A stretch of 63,629 nt of DNA, the filler included, from Collodictyon triciliatum (taxonomy: Eukaryota), in assembly GCA_043381765.1 (NCBI GenBank). It is 12 parts of 12 records of this genome, joined end to end, with 100 filler letters (N's around TTAATTAATTAA, not from the genome) between each part and the next. Parts side by side here need not be neighbours in the genome. Positions count along the whole stretch, not along the records: positions 1 to 5,246 come from JBHJMP010005349.1; positions 5,347 to 10,590 come from JBHJMP010005350.1; positions 10,691 to 15,934 come from JBHJMP010005351.1; 9 more parts are not named here. One strand, written 5' to 3'. A program made the position numbers and the translations under genes. The notes under the pieces were generated by a model. The model saw only the letters and a program-made list of their open reading frames with translations. It did no database searches and had not been told where the DNA came from. This document shows positions 1-11,051 of the stretch, in pieces (within the stretch, counting starts at the first letter, position 1; each line of letters starts with the position of its first letter).

Positions 1-3000
1 TCACCGGGCGTCACCAAAGACCTGGGAATGGCCATATGGTTGGGAATACTGGGGGTGGCCACATGAGTCGCGTTGGTGCGGACGAGTTGCTGCATGTTCG
101 TGGGTTTCCTGAATCACCTGCGCGGATGCGTCTCTTTGTGCTAAGTCCGGCGTCGCTGCGGTTGGAGAGTGGCCGAAATTCTGCAATCAGAAACTGGAGA
201 ATGCGCATTGGAAAATGGATTGTCGAGACTTTATTATGGTTTCTTTCGTTATTGAAAAGCTAAAAAAATGCTCAAGTGTTTCAAATTGTTGTAATGGTAA
301 ATGGAGAAAATAAGAGATTCTCTTAATGACAATAATTGTGTAAATGGGGTACTCACCTGAAGTCCTTCGCGTCTGCACATGGACAGCAATAAGTTGAGTC
401 TCGTGTCCGCGATTCGACTTTGTTGCTCAATAAACAAGCAATTGGGCTTCGAATGTTCCCCATAATTGACACATAATGCTATTTTCACAAGGGAAATTCA
501 TTTTTTGTGCTCTATGCATGAATAAGCTTTCTGTATGTATTATAACAAAAAAACATTGACTAAGTGTATAGAGGAAAATGCAAGGTGCTCGAATTAAAGA
601 GCAATATAGAATATCTGATTGCTTAAGACTTACGGCTTTCGTATTCCGACATAGTGGAGAGCCTTTGCTGACTTTGCGTGTGTGAAGCAGACTTCGTCGT
701 ATTCGATAAGCAGGATATTGAGCTCCGAATGTTCCACATAGCTGACACAGAATCACTATTTTCACAAGGGAAATTTCAATTTTTATGCTCTATGCATGAA
801 TAAACCTTCAATATGAATTATATATATATATAAAACATCGACTAAGTGTGTGGAGTACAATGCAAAGTGCTTGAAGTGAAAGGCAAAATAGAATATCTGA
901 TTGCACAAGACTTACGGTTGTCGTATTCCGGCATACTGGAGAGCCTTCGAGGGTTGTGTGTGAAGCAGACGTCGTCGAAGTCCGGCATAGTGGAGAGCCT
1001 TTGCGGGTCTTGTGAAGCAGACTGCATCGTATTCCGGCATAGTGGAGATCCTTTGCGGGTCTTGTGAAGCAGACTGCATCGTATTCCGGCATAGTGGAGA
1101 GCTATTGCAGTGTGTGAAGCAGACTTCGTCGACGTTCGGCATAGCGCAGAGCCTTCGCGTGTCTTGTGTGAAGCAGACTGCGTCGTATTCCGGCATAGTG
1201 GAGAGCCTTAACGGGTTGTGTGTGAAGCAGACTGCGTCTCATCCCAACATAGTGGAGAGCCTTCAAGGGTTGTGTGTGAGAAGCAGACTGCGTCGTAATC
1301 ACGGCATAGTGGAGAGCCTTCGAGGGTTGTGTGTGCGAAGCAGACTGCGTTGTATTCCGGCATAGTGGAGAGCCTCTGTGTGTCTTGTGTGTGTGGAGCA
1401 GACTGCGTCGTATCCCGGCATAGTGCACAGCCTCTGTGTGTCTTGTGTGTGTGAAGCAGACTGCGTCGTCTTCCGGCATAACGCAGAGCCTTTGTGGGTC
1501 TTGTGTGAAGCAGACTGCGTCGTAATCACGGCATAGTGGAGATCCTTTGCGGGTCTTGTGTGAAGCAGACTTCGTCGTATTCCGGCATAGTGGAGAGCCT
1601 TAGCAGTATTTGTGTGTGTGAAGCAGACTACGTCGTATTCCGGCATAGTGGAGATCCTTTGCGCGTTTTGTGTGTAAGCAGATTTCGTCGTATTCCGGCG
1701 TAGTGGAGCCTTTGTGGGTCTTGAATGTGAAGCAGACTGCGTCGTATTCCGGCATAGTGGAGAGCCTTTGCGGGTTGTGTGTCTTGTGAAGCAGACTGCG
1801 TCGTATTCCAGCATAATGCACAGCCTTTGCGGGTCTTGTGTGAAGCAGACTGCATCGTATTCCGGCATAGTGAAGAGCCTTTGCGGGTTGTGTGTCTTGT
1901 GAAGCAGACTTCGTCGACGTTCGGCATAACGGAGAGCCTTCGAGGGTTGTGTGTCTTGTGTAAGCAGATTTCGTCGTATTCCGGCGTAGTGGAGATCTTT
2001 TGCGGGTTGTGTGTCTTGTGAAGCAGACTGCGTCGTATTCGGGCATAACGGAGCCTTTGTGGGTCTTGAATGTGAAGCAGACTGCGTCGTATCCCGGCAT
2101 AGTGGAGAGCCTTCGCGGGTTGTGTGTGAAGCAGACTTCGTCGTATTCCGGCATAGTGGAGAGCCTTTGCGGGTTGTGTGTGGAGCAGACTGCGTCGTAT
2201 TCCGGCATAGCGGAGAGCCTTCGAGGGTTGTGTGTCTTGTGTAAGCAGATTTCGTCGTATTCCGGCGTAGTGGAGATCTTTTGCAGGTCTTGTGTGAAGC
2301 AGAATTCGTCGGTTCTGGCATAGTGGAGATCTTTTGCAGGTCTTGTGTGAAGCAGACTGCGTCGTATTCCGGCATAACGCACAGCCTTTGCGGGTCTTGT
2401 GTGTGAAGCAGATTTCGTTGTATTCCGGCATAGTGGAGAGCCTTTGCGGGTCTTGTGTAAAGCAGACTGCGTCGTATTCCAGCATAATGCACAGCCTTTG
2501 CGGGTCTTGTGTGAAGCAGACTGCATCGTATTCGGGCATAGTGCAGATCCTTTGCGGGTCTTGTGTGGAGCAGACTGCGTCGTATTCCGGCATAGCGGAG
2601 AGCCTTCGCGGGTTGCGTGTGTGAAGCAGACTGTGTCGTATTCCCGGCATGGTGAAGAGTCTTCGAGGGTTGTGTGTGTGAAGCAGACTGCGTCGTATAC
2701 GGGCATAGTGGAGAGCCTTTGAGGGTTGTGTGTGAAGCAGACTGCGTCGTATTCCGGCATAGTGGAGAGCCTTCGAAGGTCTTGTGTGTAAAGCAGACTT
2801 CGTTGTATTTCGGCGCAATGGAGAGCCTCTGTGTGTCTTGTGAAGCAGACTGCGTCGTATTCCGGCATAGTGGAGATCCTTTGAGGGTCTGTGTGAAGCA
2901 GACTTCGTCGTATTCCGGCATAGTGGAGAGCCTTTGAGGGTCTGTGTGTGTGAAGCAGACTGCGTCGTATTCCGGCATAGTGGAGAGCCTTTGTGTGTGT

Positions 3001-4985
3001 CTTGTGTGTGTGTGAAGCAGACTTCTTCGACGTTCGGCATAGTGGAGATCCTTTGTGTGTCTTGTGTGAAGCAGGCTGCGTCGTCTTCCGGCATAGTGGA
3101 GGGCCTTTCAGGGTTGCGTGTGTGAAGCAGACTGCGTCATATTCCGGCATAGTGGAGAGCCTTCGAGGGTTGTGTGTCTCGTGAAGCAGACTTCGTCGTA
3201 TTCCGGCATAGTGGAGAGTCTTTGCGGGTTGTGTGTCTTGTGAAGCAGACTTCGTCGACGTTCGGCATAACGCAGAGCCTTCGCGGGTCTTGTGTGAGGC
3301 AGAATTCGTCCTATTCCGGCATAGTGCAGAGCCTTTGTGTGTGTGAAGCAGACTGCGTCGTCTTCCGGCATAGTGGAGAGCCTTCGAGGGTTGTGTGTGT
3401 GAAGCAGACTGCATCGTATTCGGGCATAACGCACAGCCTTTGCGGGTCTTGTGTGTGAAGCAGATTTCGTTGTATTCCGGCATAGTGCAGATCCTTTGCG
3501 GGTCTTGTGTGAAGCAGACTTCGTCGTATTTCGGCATAATGGAGAGCCTTTGCGGGTCTTGTGTGAAGCAGACTTCTTCGACGTTCGGCATAGTGGAGAG
3601 TCTTTGCGGGTTGTGTGTCTTGTGAAGCAGACTTCGTCGACGTTCCAGCATAGTGGAGAGTCTTTGCGGGTTGTGTGTGTGAAGCAGACTGCGTCGTCTT
3701 CCGGCATAGTGGAGAGCCTTCGAGGGTCTTGTGTGAAGCAGACTGCGTCGTATTCCGGCATAGTGGAGAGCCTTCGAGGGTTGTGTGTGTGAATCAGACT
3801 TCGTCGTATTCCAGCATAGTGGAGAGTCTTTGCGGGTTGTGTGTCTTGTGAAGCAGACTTCGTCGACGTTCGGGCATAACGCACAGCCTTTGTGGGTCTT
3901 GCGTGGAGCAGACTTCGTCGTATTCCGGCATAGTGGAGAGCCTTTGTGTGTGTGAAGCAGACTGCGTCGTAATCTGGCATAGTGGAGAGCCTTGCGGGTC
4001 TTGTGTGTCTTGTGAAGCAGACTGCGTCGTATCCCGGCATAGTGGAGAGCCTTCGCGGGTCTTGTGTGTGTGAAGCAGACTGCGTCATATTCCGGCATAC
4101 TGGAGAGCCTTTGCGGTCTTCGTGTGTGAAACAGACTCCATTGCTCAATAATCAGGGAATTGGGCTTCGAATGTTCCCATAACCCATCACAGATTGCTCT
4201 ATTATGGCAGAAGATATTCAATTATGCTCCTTTATTCTTCCTTTCAACCATTCCGTATGAATTATAACAAAAAACATCGTCTAAGTATGTGCTTGCACAT
4301 AACAAAATACGAAGAGATGTAAAATAGAATATCTGATTGCTTAAGACTTACGGCTTTCGTATCCGGGCATAATGCAGAGCCATTGCAATTCTTAGTGTGC
4401 GAAGCAGACTTCGTCGTTTGATAAGCAGGATATTGAGCTCCGAATGTTCACATGGCCGGACACATATCACACTATTTACACAAGGGAAATTCAATTTTTA
4501 TGCTCTATGCATGAATATACCTTTCTTCCGTATTAATTATAACAAAAACATCGACTAAGTGTATGCAAGTACAATGCAAGGTGCTCGAAGCGAAGAGCAA
4601 AATAAAATAAAGTATCTAATTGCACAAGACTTACGGTTGTCGTATTCGGCATAGTGGAGAGCCTTAGCAGTATTTGAGTGTGTGAAGCAGACTGCGTCGT
4701 ATTCCGGCATAGAGGAGAGCCTTCGAGGATTGTGTGTGAAACAGATTTCGTCGTATTCCGGCATAATGGAGAGTCTTTGCGGGTTGTGTGTCTTGTGAAG
4801 CAGACTGCGTCGTATTCCGGCGTAATGGAGAGCCTTCGAGGATTGTGTGAAGCAGACTTCGTCACATCCGGCATAGTGGAGAGCCTTCGAGGGTTGCGTG
4901 TGTGAAGCAGACTTCGCCGTATTCGGGCATAGTGGAGAGCCTTCGGGGGTTGTGTGTGAAGCAGATTTCGTTTTATCCCAGCTTT
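1..4985 (-). ncRNA. Putative spliced Pol II transcript made mostly of the repeat array (lncRNA-like or frameshifted repetitive gene)
   Basis: Minus-strand TATA at 5008-5017. GTAAGT donors at 4634, 4351, 915 and 633, each paired with an AATAG acceptor at an equivalent position (4472, 4199, 756, 479). CAG|GTGAGT donor at 356 with a TTGCAG acceptor at 181. No reading frame runs through all exons. Confidence 0.45.
634..4972. repeat. Tandem array of ~60-70 variant units of ~50-63 bp (consensus + strand GTGAAGCAGACTGCGTCGTATTCCGGCATAGTGGAGAGCCTTTGCGGGTCTTGT), interrupted by AT-rich blocks
   Basis: Units are directly visible: main block ~916-4137, single units at ~634-703 and ~4352-4417, and about 6 units at ~4635-4972. 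Length varies mainly in a (GT)n linker. Unit count is estimated from length. Confidence 0.97.
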
Positions 4986-5007
4986 GTTGGACTTGTTTAA
5001 TTTTTCT

Positions 5008-5017
5008 TTATATAGGG
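5008..5017 (-). promoter_or_regulatory. TATA box (CCCTATATAA) ~35 nt upstream of the first array unit
   Basis: The same 10-mer lies upstream of the M12 protease genes (31128-31137 and 28659-28668). Confidence 0.55.
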
Positions 5018-5064
5018 CCGATGAGTGATTTATCCATCTTCGCACCGATATGTTTTTTCTTTTA

Positions 5065-5212
<148 letters not shown>

Positions 5213-5246
5213 TTTTTTTTTTTTTTTACTTTTTTTAATTTTTTTT

Positions 5247-5346
5247 NNNNNNNNNNNNNNNNNNNNNNNNNNNNNNNNNNNNNNNNNNNNTTAATTAATT
5301 AANNNNNNNNNNNNNNNNNNNNNNNNNNNNNNNNNNNNNNNNNNNN
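5247..5346. other. Artificial scaffold linker (N44-TTAATTAATTAA-N44); also at 10591, 15935, 23174, 28514, 33853, 39190, 44655, 49991, 55327 and 60662
   Basis: An identical 100-nt cassette with stops in all six frames occurs 11 times. Most intervening pieces are 5235-5246 bp, in descending order. Confidence 0.98.
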
Positions 5347-5347
5347 A

Positions 5348-8300
5348 TATGGAAACAAGTCATGCATAGAATGTCCACAAGGCACCTGGAATGATAAAGA
5401 CGGTCAAGCATCATGCACATCATGTCCACCTGGCACATTCAACGATAAAACTGGGTCATTCAATCAATCATCATGCATTTCATGTCAAAACGGAAGCTAC
5501 AGCTTAAGTGGGAGTACATCATGCAGCTTATGCTTATCAGGATTCTATCAAAAAGAAGGAATAATGAAAGACCCAAAATCATGCTATGCTTGTTCAAAAG
5601 GCACATTCAACTCAAACTCCGGCTCATATGGAAATACATCATGTATTGAATGTCCAAAAGGCACTTGGAATGATAAGGATGGTCGGGCATCATGCACGTC
5701 ATGTCCAGCTGGGACATTCAACGATAAAACTGGCTCATATAATCTATTATCATGCATTACGTGTCCTAATGGAAGCTACAGCTCAGATAGAAGCTCATCA
5801 TGCAGCTTGTGTTCATCAGGATTCTATCAAAAAGAAGGAGTAATGAAAGACTCGAAATCATGTCATACATGCCCAAAAGGCACATTCAACTCAAACTCCG
5901 GCTCATATGGAAATAAATCGTGTATTGAATGTCCACAAGGCACTTGGAATGATAGAGATGGTCGGGCATCATGCACATCATGTCCAGCTGGTACATTCAA
6001 CGATAAAACTAAGTCATTCAATCAATCATCATGCGTATCATGTTCAAATGGAAGCTACAGCTTAAGTGGGAGTACATCATGTATCTCATGCTTATCAGGA
6101 TTTTATCAAAAAGAAGGAGTAATGAAAGACCCAAAATCATGTCATACATGCCCAAAAGGCACATTCAACTCAAACTCCGGCTCATATGGAAACAAGTCAT
6201 GCATCGAATGTCCACAAGGTACTTGGAATGATAAGGATGGTCAAGCATCATGCACATCATGTCCACCTGGCACATTCAACGACAAAACTGGCTCATATAA
6301 TCTATTATCATGCATCACATGTTCAAATGGAAGCTACAGCTTAAGTGGAAGTGCGTCATGCAGCTCATGCTTATCAGGATTCTATCAAAAAGAAGGAATA
6401 ATGAAAGACCCAAAATCATGCTACACTTGTCCAAAAGGCACATTCAACTCAAACTCCGGCTCATATGGAAAAAAGTCATGTACTGAATGTCCACAAGGCA
6501 CTTGGAATGATAAAGATGGTCAAGCATCATGCACATCATGTCCAGCTGGTACGTTCAACGATAAAACTGGCTCATATAATCTATTATCATGCATTACGTG
6601 TCCTAATGGAAGCTACAGCTCAGAAAGAAGCTCATCATGCAGCTTGTGTTCATCAGGATTTTATCAAAAAGTAGGAATCAAAAAGGACTCCCAATCATGC
6701 TATGCATGTCCAAAAGGCACATTCAACTCGATGTTCGGCTCATATGGAAATAAATCATGTATTGATTGTCCACAAGGTACTTGGAATGATATAAATGGTC
6801 AAGCATCATGCACATCATGTCCAGCTGGTACGTTCAACGATAAGGCTGGCTCATTTGATGAATCATCATGCATTTCATGTCCAAATGGAAGCTACAGCTC
6901 CGAGAGAAGCGCATCATGCAGTTCGTGTTCACCAGGATTCTATCAAAAAGAAGGAATCACAAAAGACTCACAATCATGCTATGCTTGTCCAAAAGGCACA
7001 TTCAACTCAATCTCCGGCTCATATGGCAAAAAATCGTGCATTGAATGTCCACAAGGTACTTGGAATGATAGGGAGGGTCAAGCATCATGCACATCGTGTC
7101 CAGCTGGTACATTCAATAACAAAACAGGCTCATTCAATCAATCATCATGTATTTCATGTCCAAACGGAAGTTACAGCTCTGAAAGAAGCGCATCATGCAG
7201 TTCGTGTTTATCTGGATTTTATCAAAAAGAAGAAATTATAAAAGACTCAAGCTCATGCTATGCTTGTTCAAAAGGCACATTCAACTCAAACTCCGGCTCA
7301 TATGGAAACAAATCATGTATTGAATGTCCACAAGGTACTTGGAATGATAGAGATGGTCAAGTGTCATGCACATCATGTCCAGCTGGTACATTCAACGATA
7401 AGGCTGGCTCATTCAATCAATCATCATGCATTTCATGTCAAAATGGAAGCTACAGCTCCGAAAGAAGTGCTTCGTGTATCCTATGCTCACCAGGATTCTA
7501 TCAAAAAGATGTAATCATGAAAGACTCGAAATCATGCTACGCTTGTCCAAAAGGCACATTCAACTCAAACTCCGGCTCATATGGAAACAAATCATGTATT
7601 GAATGTCCACAAGGTACTTGGAATGATAGGGAGGGTCAAGCATCATGCACATCATGTCCAGCTGGTACATTCAACGATAAGGCTGGCTCATTCAATCAAT
7701 CATCATGCATTTCATGTCAAAATGGAAGCTACAGCTTAACTGGAAGCGCATCATGCAGTCTGTGCTTATCAGGATTATACCAAAAAGAAGATATCACAAA
7801 AGATTCACAATCATGCTACGCTTGTCCAAAAGGCACATTCAACTCAAACTCCGGCTCATATGTAAACCAATCATGCATTGAATGTCCACAAGGTACTTGG
7901 AACGATAGAGATGGTCAAGCATCGTGCACATTATGTCCAGCTGGTACATTCAATAACAGAACTGGCTCATTTAATGAATCATCGTGCATTTCATGTCCTA
8001 ATGGAAGCTACAGCTCAGAGAGAAGCGCATCATGCAGCTTATGCTTATCGGGATTTTATCAAAAAGAAGAAATCACAAAAGATTCACAATCATGCTACGC
8101 TTGTCCAAAAGGCAAATTCAACTCAAAATCCGGCTCATATGGAAATACATCATGCATTGAATGTCCACAAGGTACTTGGAACGATAGAGATGGTCAAGCG
8201 TCATGCACATCATGTTCAGCTGGCACATTCAATAACAGCACTGGCTCATTTGATGAATCACCGTGCATTTCATGTCCAAACGGAAGCTTCAGCTCAGAAA

Positions 8301-10590
8301 GAAGCTCATCATGCAGTTTATGCTCATCAGGATTATATCAAAAAGAAGGAATTACAAAAGATTCACAATCATGCTACGCTTGTCCAAAAGGCACATTCAA
8401 CTCAAACTCCGGCTCATATGGAAACCAATCATGCATTGAATGTCCACAAGGTACTTGGAACGATAGAGATGGTCAAGCGTCATGCACATCATGTTCAGCT
8501 GGCACATTCAATAACAGAACTGGCTCATTTGATGAATCATCGTGCATTTCATGTCCAAACGGAAGCTACAGCTTAAGTGGAAGTTCATCTTGTAGCTTAT
8601 GCTTATCAGGATTATACCAAAAAGAAGATATCATAAAAGATTCAAATTCATGCTACACTTGTCCAAAAGGCACATTCAACTCAAACTCCGGCTCATATGG
8701 AAACAAATCATGTATTGAATGTCCACAAGGTACTTGGAATGATAGAGATGGTCAGGCATCGTGCACATCATGTCCAGCTGGTACATTCAACAATAAAACT
8801 GGCTCGTTTGATGAATCATCATGCATTTTATGTCCAAACGGAAGCTACAGCTCAGAGAGAAGCTCATCATGTAGCTTATGCTTATCAGGATTATACCAAA
8901 AAGAAGATATCACAAAAGATTCAAATTCATGCTATTCTTGTCCAAAAGGCACATTCAACTCAAAATCCGGCTCATATGGAAACAAATCATGCATTGAATG
9001 TCCACAAGGTACTTGGAATGATAGAGATGGTCAAGCATCGTGCACATCATGCCCAGCTGGGACATTCAGTAACAAATCTGGCTCATTCAATCAATCATCA
9101 TGCATTTCATGTCAAAATGGAAGTTACAGCTCAGAGAGAAGCTCATCATGCACATCATGTTCACCAGGATTCTACCAAAAAGAGGAAATCACAAAAGACT
9201 CAAAATCATGCCATGCTTGTCCAAAAGGCACATTCAACTCAAAATCCGGCTCATATGGAAACAAATCATGTATTGTATGTCCACAAGGTACTTGGAATAA
9301 TGATGATGGTCAAACATCATGCACATCATGTCCAGCTGGTACATTCAACAACAAATCTGGCTCATTCAATCAATCATCTTGCATGTCATGTCCAAATGGA
9401 AGCTACAGCTCAGAAAGAAGCTCATCATGCAGTTTATGCTTATCAGGATTCTATCAAAAAGAAGATATCATAAAAGACTCAAATTCATGCTATTCTTGTC
9501 CAAAAGGCACATTCAACTCAAAATCCGGCTCATATGGAAACAAATCATGTATTGAATGTCCACAAGGCACTTGGAATGATAAGGATGGCCAAGCATCGTG
9601 CACATCATGTCCAGCTGGTACATATAACAACAAAACTGGCTCATTCAACCAATCATTGTGCATCCAATGTCCAAACGGAAGCTTCAGCTCATCTGGAAGT
9701 GCATCATGCATCTTATGCTTATCAGGATTCTATCAAAAAGAAGGAATCACAAAAGATTCGGAATCATGCTATTCTTGTCCAAAAGGCACATTCAACTCAA
9801 AATCCGGCTCATATAGAAACAAGTCATGCATTGAATGTCCACAGGGCACTTGGAATGATAAGGATGGCCAAGCATCGTGCACATCATGCCCAGCTGGTAC
9901 ATTCAACAACAAAACTGGCTCATTCAACCAATCATTGTGCATTTCATGTCCAAATGGAAGCTACAGCTCAGAAAGAAGCTCATCATGCAGCTTATGTTTA
10001 TCAGGATTCTATCAAAAAGAAGGAATCACAAAAGACTCAAAATCATGTTATGCTTGTCCAAAAGGCACATTCAACCCAAACTCCGGATCATATGGAAATA
10101 AATCATGCATGGAATGTCCACAAGGCACATGGAATGATAGAGATGGTCAAGCATCGTGCACATCATGTCCAGTTGGTACGTTCAACAACAAAACTGGCTC
10201 GTTCAATCAATACTCATGCATTTCATGTCAAAATGGAAGCTACAGCTCAGAAAGAAGCGCATCATGCACATTATGTTCATCAGGATTCTATCAAAAAGAG
10301 GAAATCACAAAAGACTCAAAATCATGCTATGCTTGTCCAAAAGGCACATTCAACTCAAACTCCGGCTCATATAGAAACAAATCATGTATTGAATGTCCAC
10401 AAGGTACTTGGAATGTTAAGGACGGTCAAGCATCGTGCACATCATGTTCAGCTGGAACATTTAACAATAAAACTGGCTCGTTCGATATATTTTCGTGCAT
10501 TTCATGCCCAAATGGAAGCTACAGCTCAGAAAGAAGCGCATCATGCAGCTTATGTCCGACACGCTCAACCACAATTAAAGAAGGCTCCAA
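5348..10590 (+). CDS. Cys-rich repeat surface/secreted protein fragment (CxxC-xxG-(Y/F/W) ephrin-receptor-like/GCC2_GCC3 repeats); both ends missing
   Basis: One open frame across the whole scaffold, with about 18-19 units of 279 bp (93 aa). Each unit has five CxxC motifs and several N-x-S/T sequons. Confidence 0.92.
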
Positions 10591-11051
10591 NNNNNNNNNN
10601 NNNNNNNNNNNNNNNNNNNNNNNNNNNNNNNNNNTTAATTAATTAANNNNNNNNNNNNNNNNNNNNNNNNNNNNNNNNNNNNNNNNNNNNAAAAAAAGAA
10701 AAAGAAAAAGAAAAAGAAAAAGAAAAAGAAAAAAAAGAAAAAAAAGAAAAAAAAAGAAAAAAAAAAGAAAAAGAAAAAGAAAAAGAAAAGAAAAGAAAAG
10801 AAAAGAAAAAGAAAAAGAAAAAGAAAAAAAAGAAGAGGGAAATCTAATCAATGTATAATCCATATAATTTTTTTTTTTTTTTTGCACAATCAGTTTATGT
10901 CTGTTTTCAAATCGAGAATATAGAAACGAGAAACATCCTATCACGATAAAGGATGATTGGGCCGTCTGTTCTCTAAGCCTATCGAGCTCAACCCATCTTA
11001 ATTGATATCCATGGTATTTGTTCCGTTCTCAATTTCAGCATGGATGATAAC

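Noticed and set aside
11-208. QFLIAEF as a third copy of the retroelement C-terminal peptide
   Set aside because: The match is only a few residues and overlaps a better-explained splice acceptor.
916-4137. CRISPR or TIGR-type guide array
   Set aside because: There are no unique spacers: variable slots reuse a few related alleles. No box C/D motifs and no cas or Tas-like gene on the scaffold.
916-4137. tRNA-derived array (TCCGGCA-TA-G resembles a tRNA 5' end) or ribozyme array
   Set aside because: No T-loop GTTCRA, no cloverleaf, and no hammerhead CTGANGA/GAAA core in the unit.
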